In this document: positions 54,609-64,000 of the stretch, in pieces
How positions within the stretch are numbered: position 1 is the stretch's first letter
Layout of the letters: each line of letters starts with the position of its first letter
Translations under genes and position numbers: made by a program
Source of the DNA: Octopus sinensis
Taxonomy: Eukaryota
Direction: 5' to 3'
DNA: 64,000 nucleotides
Assembly: GCF_006345805.1 (NCBI RefSeq)
Contig: NC_043004.1
Location: 22,258,001 to 22,322,000, forward strand
The notes under the pieces: generated by a model
Told to the model about the DNA's origin: nothing
Seen by the model: the letters and a program-made list of their open reading frames with translations, nothing else
Databases searched by the model: none

Positions 54609-56414
54609 TATATATATATATATATATATATAGATAGATAGATAGAGAGGGGGAGAGAGTGAGAGAGACATATACCCGTTTGGATAAGTTCCTTTCGCAA
54701 TCATAAACACCTGGGTTTCGTTCTTTGTGCAGAAGCCCTTCCAATGGGTTGCATTTGCATTCAAACGTCAAACGCTGAATTTACTTGAAATACTGTTATG
54801 GTTAAACACTTGTCTTTGGAGTATTCAGCCTCTTACACGCTAGCCCACTGAGAACAGTAATAGTCTTCCACGAAACCGTCTGTGATTTACGTTTGTATGC
54901 TTATGTTTGTATGTATATATGTGTGCGTGAGTGTTTGTAAATACTTATCGTCCAGTTGTAGATTGCTGAAATTTACACAAAACTTCTGAAAATGTTTGGT
55001 TGCTTTTCATAAATAGAGATTATATATCACTATCTAATAATGTCGTATAGGTATTAGATTTTTCTCGTTGTAGTAGGCGTAATTTTAACTCATTAACATT
55101 ACGTATCTAGTTATGTTACGCGAGTGTTCATTCTGCTACTTTAATGTCAAGCAGCAAGCTTTTCATTTCATTTAAGATCAGTTGGTTTTTTTCTGTAATT
55201 CACAACATTTTCAAACTTCGTTGTCCACCCTCCGACCAAGTCATTGTAACCAGTAATCTTATAAATAAAGAATATACTAAAGATATAACAAAGATGGCAA
55301 ACTGAAGTATCACATGAAATGCGTTTTGAAACAATGCTGGGAGCAAGCATTGCAGTTTGCTGTAGCCTTTGATGATTTTTTACTGATTGCATTAAAGTAC
55401 TCAAGTATCGTGAAAAACTCGCGACACACATGCGGACAAATGGGTTGAAGCGCAGCGGTTGAAAACCTCTGTAATAGTTAATGATATCAACTGGTCAAAT
55501 TATATGAAATATCTAAAAGATATATTTTATTAAATATGCTCATTAAGATTTAACAGCTAATTAGCGAGTATGACTAAAGAATATTCACTGTAATTTTACT
55601 GTTCAAAGAGCAATTAATTTCAGACTGCTAGTCACTAGCTACATAAATTACTTCTAGAATATTATCATAATCACTTCGGACATTATTGTTTCATTAAACC
55701 TAAGCAGCTAGTGGCCAAGGAGACTTTTGTCGAAGATCTTCCAGCTGCGACCACTCTATCTTTCCGAAAGGATGGTCAAAGTTATTAGCACATGATCCAA
55801 ATCGTCTTTTCTTTCCCAAAATATGGGAGAAGGAAGATCTGCACGAAACTTAGCTGTATATTTCATGTCATATAACAACACCTGAATCTCGTCGTTATAT
55901 GCGTGCATATGTGTATGTATCTATACGTGTGCATCTGTGTATCACATGTCTTTATGTGTGTGTATATGTGTGTGTGTGTGCGTATATGTGTGTTTGGCTT
56001 CAAACCATGAGATGCTGGGATCCAACTTCTGACTAAGGATTATTAAAAACGACACAAGAACCATAAAAACATGCTTGCACCTTAGTATAGTACACTTAGT
56101 TCAGTGGCACCCTGTAAGGTTTCATGGCCCTCAAAGTTGCTCGAATAGGAACGTCATTCTCACAAGCTGTTGAGCAATTTAAAAAGGTTTTGACGACAAC
56201 AGAATATATACTGGTTAAATAATCCCGGAGAAAAAAATACCCTCAAAAACAATCTCCTCTGTATGTCTGTGAATACACTTCAACTGATAAATAAGAGATG
56301 CTCATCCAAGGCTTCACGTATTTGTTCTGCTAATAGTCTCGCAAGGAAACGCAAATTCTAGTTAGAGAGAACAAGGACACACACATACACACACACATAC
56401 ACACACACACACAC

Positions 56415-56491
<77 letters not shown>

Positions 56492-57730
56492 CACATGTAT
56501 GAATATGTGATAAATATACACATATATATATTTATATGTGTGTGCGTGTCTGTGTGTATAGATATACACATACCACTGAATATATTTTTATTTCTTATTC
56601 TTATATGCGAAAGAAGGTCAGCACCTGTTATATAGAAAGCAATGCACTTGTAGTGAACTACATTTGGAGATAAAATTTCAGCTTATTTCAGTAGTAACAC
56701 TTGCATTCTACTTTTCCTCTCCGTGTATTTGTTCACCTTCCTTCGCCTATGATTTTATTTAATTTATCATTTATCTTTCTCCATTTTGCTTCGCTCTCTC
56801 ACTTCCTAAATCTCTATGTTTTATTTAAGGGTAAACTCATTTTCCTGACGTATAAAGTCATTGATTAGATTTTTGTCGCTAAAAAAATCAAAATTTTTCT
56901 TCAATTTACATTTTTAGCTTATAAATTCACCATTTCATTCTATTAAGCAAGCTACAATTTTTTTTTCTCCAATGTAATTTTTCCTTCACTTTGTGAATAA
57001 TCAGTTAGATTAAAACATTTTTTAAAATAATAAGTTAAATGGATGTGGCGGTGATGGTGGTTGTTGCTGTGGTGGTGGCGATGGTGGTGGCGTACGTTGG
57101 CGCGCGTGTGTATATGTGTGTGATTTACAGTTTACGGTTTGCTTCTTTGCATCATTATATTATTAGGTTATTGTCAGAGATCAGGATGTTTAAATAAAGT
57201 TATATCATTTTATTTGTTGAAGTCGCAGTAGGAAACAACAAACAGTACAATACAAAATACTGCTGGAAGGAATTTTTTTTCAAAATCAATAAAGTATACT
57301 GAAAAGGAGACAACGTTAACAGTTAGAATGGAGGTATTTGCAATCTTATTCATTTACAATAATAGAAATACAGCAAAGGGGAAAGATATTGTATATATCT
57401 GTACTGCATTTCTATAGTGGATATCCGCACTAATAATGATTAGAATCAGCATCGCAATTTTAATGTTTACAAGTTTTAAAATCCGTTTCAGTTAAAGAAA
57501 TAAATTTGGATATTCATGCATATTTATCTTCGACAGTTACAATATGAGAGTCTATGCGTCGATCTTCAATCAGTGTAGGAGTTAATTACTCTTAATAAAG
57601 ATATTTAATTAAATAATTGATGTATTTCAGTTTTATTAAGTTTAATTCAGATATTCATTGTACGAAAAGTTTTATACTGAATCAAAATATAGCCTTTCAT
57701 TATGATTACAAAATTATAGTTAATCTAACC

Positions 57731-58010
57731 CTGTCGTTTTCAGCCGGAGTCCATGATGTTTAACAACAAAATCTTATAAAGAGGCTTTGGGGGATCCATA
57801 TACGATTTTGCTGTTCAATTTTATGTTCAATAAATTACATATATTTTTACAAGACACAAAATAATTAAACAATTTTTCAAAACATTTCAAATTATATTTA
57901 ATTATAAACATAGAACAGGATTTTTAAACACCGAAATGCTATGGGGGAACCAGTAGAGTACAATGGGAATGAAAGGGGTCCATAAGCAAAAAAAAAGGTA
58001 AGAACCACTG
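57731..58010. mobile_element. hAT (Charlie-like) MITE, about 280 bp
   Basis: Ends ctgtcgttttcagcc... and ...ggtaagaaccactg (CAGTGGTTCT-type TIR); 8-bp flanks atctaacc and atttaacc (7 of 8 identical) fit a hAT TSD. Confidence 0.7.
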
Positions 58011-58195
58011 ATTTAACCGATAATAAGTGTGTATGTGTATATGTGCGTGTGCAAGAAAATAGACGTATAGACAGATAGATAGATAGATAGATAGATGGAT
58101 GGAGGGATAGATGGATGGATGGATGAATGTGTTGATGGATAGCTAGCGGTTAGTTAGATAAATGATTAGACAGACAAGGAAGATTATATATATAT

Positions 58196-58370
58196 AGGGA
58201 GAATTCACAAAAAAAGAAGAAAAGACGAAGACAGGTGTTGTAGACAACTAACAGATGTATTGGTATAAAACTCGAGAAGTGAAAAATTCTTTAACGTTTC
58301 GAGCCTACGCTCTTCCACAGAAAGGAATACAGAAAGAAACAAGGAGAGAAAATAAAGAAGCAAGGTGAGA
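58196..58370 (-). mobile_element. Short repeat (probably a PLE terminus) with hammerhead-like motif at 58289-58324
   Basis: Minus strand: cttt CUGUGGA a gagc gtag gctc GAAA cg UU aaag; it begins at a TA tract. Confidence 0.5.
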
Positions 58371-58419
58371 GAAAAAAATATATATATAATTTCTTTTTCA
58401 GAATAAGATATAAAACCAA

Positions 58420-60305
58420 GGCTGTGAAGATTTTAGAACATTTATAAATATAAGGTCTTACAGCCGTTTTCAGGATATTTATTATATCCTTTCATCGGGG
58501 ACAGTGTGGGAAAATGGTTAAGAAAATGGTTAATTTAGATAAGATACGAAATAGAGAGTGAAGTGGAGGAATGAAAATAGATGTGAGATATGCAGGGGTA
58601 TTGCATTTGTGGATCCATTATTTAGGCAGAATGGTATACATATAAGATTGCAATACCTTGTGAGTAAATTCCAATAGTATTTAAAATTGGACATTCCAAT
58701 TTTAAATATAGGAGTATAGAGTTTGTAACCAGTGCTATGGAATCGAGGGTTTTATTCAAAGTGACCTAAAAGTAGGGAATGTATTTGTAAAGTCAAATCG
58801 AAAACAGGAAGAGAGGAATAAAGAAAAGAGAAAAAAGAGAAGAAAAAAGAAAAAAGAGAAGAAAAAAGATGAAAAAAACAGGAAGAGAATAATAAAGAAA
58901 AGAAAGAAAAAAGAAAAACAAGGAGCGAGATAAAAAAGAGATGAAGACAGGGAAAATGTACCTGTTAGTGGTCAGTTAAGAATACTTGAAAGTAGGAATG
59001 GGAAGATGAGAGTGATAGAGAGAGAAAGATATTAGATTGTAAAAAAATGATAGGGTAAAGAGTAAAGGAGTGTCAGATAGAAGAAATGGGGTGATAGAGA
59101 GAGAGAGGCATAATAGTGTAAAAGCTAAAGGAGTGTCAGTTATGTAGTGATATAGTCTAAGTGATGCGGTTGAGAGAGGGGTAGTAATATGGTGGAATGA
59201 AGCATTTAGAACAATAGATTAGGTGGTTCGACAGGTCAGTGATTAGTAGTAGGAGAAAATATATATGAGATGTTGTATATAGATGCATATATTAGACATG
59301 TGTATATATACATATGGTTATACATATATTTGTACATGTCACTATCTACATATACAACTCGTACTCATATGTATATGTACACATGCCCATCCATATATAT
59401 GTGTATCTGTATGTATTATCGCCCCTGTACACGCAGGTATATATACCTTGCATAAATACATACATTCACACATACATATACACGCACCTATGCATGCACG
59501 CATATACACACGAATATAATTAGATGGTTGTGATATTCGAGTACGGGTGAGGAATTAGACTGGGATTAAAGTTAAAATGTAGATTTATAAGGTTATTGGG
59601 ATTACCTAAAGTGTATTGGGAAAATATACTGCATGGCCATTTAGGCATTTGTATTTGTGGTAGAATTTGAATGTGTGATAAAAGCGGTGGTTGCATGTGC
59701 TTAGTGCCTCATTATATTTAGTTAGCAATGCAGGAGAATTGTGCTTTAATATGTGAAGTGCCTCCTTCAGGCAAAACTTGCAGGTTAAGTGTTAACCTCA
59801 GTAGGGAAGCATTGAATCCAGTATGAACTATAATGGAGTATAGGGTTTTTTTGTATTTTTGATATGATGTATGCGGTTGGCGAGTGTTGTAGATTAGCTG
59901 TTTATCGTATCTAAAAGAATGGAGGTGAGCGGCATATCGTTGCTTAAAATTTTGGTTGATCATATGTATATGGCTATAGAGTTGTGTAATTGATTAAAGA
60001 CAGTGCATTTCTAAATTACATTATATCTTCTGCAATGGGTTTGTAAGGAGCAGATGGTTCCAGGACGGCAATTACAATTAGGTGAATTTTGGGGAAGGTA
60101 TTCAAGACTAGAGGGAGTAATATGGTCAGAGAAGAGGTTATCATCACTATTGTTCTTATTAATTGTACTATTTGTAAGGGTGGTAGAGCTTGTTGTAGTG
60201 CTCCGGGCAGTGTCAGTAGGGTGGGTTGGGTTGTGGTTATGGTCTAATGTAAGGGTATCTGTGCTGGAGCTGTGTGTATGTTAAGCATTCGTATGACTAG
60301 AGTTG
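58420..60305 (-). mobile_element. 5'-truncated Penelope-like element: GIY-YIG region plus long 3' tail with hammerhead-like motif
   Basis: SPNCNCRPGTICSLQTHCRRYNVI*KC...NQNFKQRYAAHLHSFRY...TCKFCLKEALHILKHNSPALLTK*YEALSTCNHR at about 59640-60090; tail homologous to 52060-52860; motif at 58455-58502. Confidence 0.8.
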
Positions 60306-60317
60306 TAATTATGTGAG

Positions 60318-60455
<138 letters not shown>

Positions 60456-62037
60456 GCATACTTGAATTGCACTTTCACTTGAGATTAATTATTGATATTA
60501 CAAACATTTCTCTGAATAACTCTTCATGTTTCAAGGACTATAATTACGACTGCGCCCAGCGATAAAATATATGAATATATTATTCTCATCAAATGCTGAT
60601 CTATGATGTCTCCCTCCCTTTCTGTACTTCTAAATTCATTAAGAGATAATTTAAAAAGATATTTCTGATTTCAATCAGGGAATATTCATTCTACTTAGAG
60701 AAAAGAATTAAAAGTTTTGCAATTAGGAAACTTAATTTTATAAAATGCAACAACGCTAGAAATTTAGACTTAGCAGTAGATTGATTTTTTTTTCCAGTAG
60801 CAAGTTGTAGTCGATTAAATCAACAATCTGCTTATTACAGGAACTTCACTCCCGCTATAAAGAATGAAACAAAAACGAAATTGACCCGAATGAGATTTCA
60901 GTCTATAACAATAACATTCTCCACTTGATGCAGTAAAGTATTTCGTATACTACTACTGCTACTCCCACAATCGTTGTAGCAGTAATAATTCTAAACGTGG
61001 TACAGAAGAAATCTAATAATGTTTGTATATGGTTAAATAGAACGACATGTTATTATCGTGTTGTTTGTGAGTGTGTGAGTGAAGAATAGATTAAAAATAG
61101 TGGACGTGGTTCTATAGTCAAGTTTTTCACTTAATCGTTTAAATCGATTATGTGTCCCAGTTTCACTAGCCGTTCTAAGCCTTGCCTCCCACCATCATTA
61201 CACACTTTAAAGGCATTTAGACTATATTTTTTTATTACATCTTGCGTGGGCCACTGCTATTGTTTAATATGTAATGCAGCCAAGATTGGATTAAGTCCAA
61301 CCGATGTTTTAAAACAGTGGTGGACTACAACCCTTATATCATCTCGCAAGATAAACACACAAATGTTAAGATACACTAACAGAATTTCTTTTCAGGTACT
61401 AACTCATGCCAAACTCATACCACTATATTCAAATTTACCTTCTTTGAAGGAATTTCAGCCGCAAAATAGCAATAAGATATATAAGCAATCGCCATATATC
61501 TTCATCATTTTCTGTTTATTTATTCAAATACTGGTATAAATTGCAATGTGCACCACGTTGAATCTAGCAATATAAAGAAATAAGTGACGCCTCCATATTT
61601 TGGACTTTGTAGCTCAGGTATATCTTTTGGTTTATCAAACCATGAGTGTGGGTGTTCCCAAATTTTTACATGCATGATACATTTTAAATAAAAGTGTAGT
61701 ATGTACGACTAATTTCATATGTACGTATACATGTGTGTGTGTGCGTTTGTGTGTGTGTATGTGTTTGGGTTCTTTGTATTGTAAAAGTTTTTATATAAAT
61801 ATATACATGGGTTTTTATCCCGAAATGTAATTCGTTCACATTCAAAATTTTGGTTGGAAATATCCCTGTTTTTCATTGCAGTAAATATTATTTGTGGTAA
61901 TACATATGCACATAGTTTATGTCGTAAAACATGTTTTTTATCAGCCTTCTTTTATTAGCCTCAGTCGCTTCAGTGTGGCTACGCTAGGGCACCACAGCAT
62001 TGAAGGGTTTTAGTCGAACCACACACACACACACACA

Positions 62038-62111
<74 letters not shown>

Positions 62112-62120
62112 TGTATATAT

Positions 62121-62621
62121 GACGGGAAGGATGACTTCCCTTTGCAAATACTGACAGGACACAGAAAGTGTGTCTATGGCCAGCTGGAGGAGTGTGTCCT
62201 CCTGGGGCTAAAAACTACAGTAGCATCCACCCTTAGGGGTAGCCATATTGAGATGGCAAATATACGTCACGATGTGTTACCGCTACTGTATATAACTCAC
62301 TTTGATATTTATCATTGTTTGATTTCACTTTTTCAATATCAGCGACAGTGGACGCTGGAAAAAGTATAAGTATTTGTGAAGGAAATCTAATTCTCGCCGA
62401 CAACTATGATTGTCACACGCTGACGAGAGGTCAATACCTCGAAACTCGAGTCCGTGTGTATCATAAGTTGAAGACGGGAAGGATGACTTCCCTTTGCAAA
62501 TACTGACAGGACACAGAAAGTGTGTCTATGGCCAGCTGGAGGAGTGTGTCCTCCTGAGGCTAAAAACTACAGTAGCATCCACCCTTAGGGGTAGCCATAT
62601 TGAGATGGCAAATATACGTCA

Positions 62622-62625
<4 letters not shown>
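62121..62625 (+). mobile_element. Non-LTR retrozyme-like element: 352-bp monomer, 1.43 copies, in a (TA)n array
   Basis: 62121-62273 is repeated at 62473-62625 (152/153 identical, period 352). It contains an intact hammerhead and multiple hairpins, has no credible ORF, and has (TA)n on both sides. Confidence 0.8.
62401..62470 (+). ncRNA. Type I hammerhead ribozyme, intact core, extended stem I
   Basis: cacacg CUGACGA gagg ucaaua ccuc GAAA cucgag UC^ cgugug; predicted cleavage between 62452 and 62453. Stem I is extended by caactatgat/atcataagttg. Confidence 0.9.
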
Positions 62626-62671
<46 letters not shown>

Positions 62672-62815
62672 TATATAATAATATATATATATATATTATA
62701 TATATATATATATATAATATATATGTAATATATATATATAATATATATATATATAATATATATATATAATATATAATATATATATAATATTATATATAAT
62801 ATATATATATATATA
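62626..62815. repeat. (TA)n/(TAA) degenerate microsatellite
   Basis: Directly visible; a matching tract lies at 62037-62120. Confidence 0.97.
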
Positions 62816-63582
62816 AAGTAGTGGTACACAAAGTACCATTGTTTGCTGGAAATAGAAGTCGATAACCGTTCGGTGCTAGGTAAAGCTTCACTGTATGTAG
62901 TGAAGCAGTGATGTGTACGGGCTGCAAAAATAAAAACAAACGTGTTACCTCTAGCTATATATATAACAAGGGCTTCTTTCAGTTTCCCTGCACCAACTGC
63001 ACTCCCAATGCCTTTGTCAACCCATAACTGTAGTAGAAGACATGGCTGAATAAAACCTATTGTCAGGAGTAGTAGAATGTTTTACGTATCAGAGTCTTGC
63101 ACTTAACATATAAGAGAAAAACAAATAGGAGTTTGCTTGATCCAAAGTATAGCTACTACATAATTGTTGCATATATGCTACACTTTCGTAAGCAAAATAC
63201 AAAGCATGCTGGAAATCTTCGTGTGTCATAAATTTGCTGATCTAAGTAATATTTAGTTTCCAAACAATAATTTCTCTTCACAACTGAGAAATACCGTATG
63301 GGAGAGTTATTTCTATAAACATTAAAGTAACATATTACAAATTAAAAACTGTCTCCCTTTCTAAATATGAAGCTACATGGTTTGAAGCAGTCAAGTTATT
63401 CATGAATTTCGGCAGCAGAAACACATCAAAGTTTTGCTCTGTCATATTTCAAATAGAATTGCTTAAAACTCATTACGATTACGTGAAGTTACAGGGAACC
63501 GAAAGACGTAGTATAAGGTTAAAGGAAATGTTAAAAAAAAAAAAGAAAAGCAAAGATAGCGTTCACTTCAATAAACTGTTCT

Positions 63583-63783
63583 GCTATACGCACAAAGCCG
63601 AAAATCTCACAGGGGGTAAGTCGATTACATCGACACCAATGCTCAGCTAATACTTATTTTATCGACTCCAAAACGATGGTAGGTAAAACAGACCTCGGCG
63701 GAATTTGAATACAGAAAGTAAAGACGGACAAAATACCGCTAAACATTTTACCCGGCGTGGTGAAGATTCTGCCAGCTCGCCTC
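63583..63783 (-). mobile_element. SINE family B (alternative tail), diverged
   Basis: gcacaaagccgaaaatc...gtcgattacatcgac...gacctcggcggaatttgaa...ttctgccagctcgcc. Confidence 0.8.
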
Positions 63784-63905
63784 ATTCGTATGAGTATAGA
63801 TAGATAGAGGAAGATACAGATATCTATGCAAGAAAAATTCTCTTCATATGCCTGCACACATATATTATCGTTCGCACACACATAGTGTATCTGTTTTCTT
63901 AATAG

Positions 63906-63987
63906 GCCAGATTCGCTGCGAGCTAGCATCCAAAGGAGGCTCCCTAGACGATGCCGATTTTTAAAGAACACCCGAATGTCACAGTAG
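63906..63987 (+). CDS. Candidate exon; possibly 5' UTR plus start of CDS (ATG at 63951, MPIFKEHPNVTV...)
   Basis: Acceptor ctgttttcttaatag|g, donor ag|gtaaga, and raised GC relative to the flanks. An upstream in-frame TAG means the ATG would have to be an initiator. Product not recognised. Confidence 0.35.
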
Positions 63988-64000
63988 GTAAGACAACTCG

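Overview
AT-rich eukaryotic DNA, almost entirely intronic or intergenic. The SINE families and very large (TA)n, (CA)n and (GATA)n arrays suggest an Octopus genome (inference). No complete protein-coding gene is supported; most listed ORFs are microsatellite read-throughs. The window holds three tRNA-derived SINE families (several as head-to-tail multimers), three 5S rRNA-derived fragments abutting SINEs, Penelope-like element (PLE) RT and GIY-YIG remnants, R4/Dong-like and possible RTE LINE remnants, and decayed Tc1, mariner, Merlin and hAT transposons. There are a few possible plus-strand exons. The standout is 62121-62625: a 352-bp monomer present as 1.43 copies inside a (TA)n array, carrying an intact type I hammerhead ribozyme at the tip of a long rod-like fold. 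This is the architecture of a non-LTR retrozyme, plausibly copied from a circular RNA. Four more hammerhead-like motifs lie in PLE-type termini, one with a compensatory U3-A8 core.
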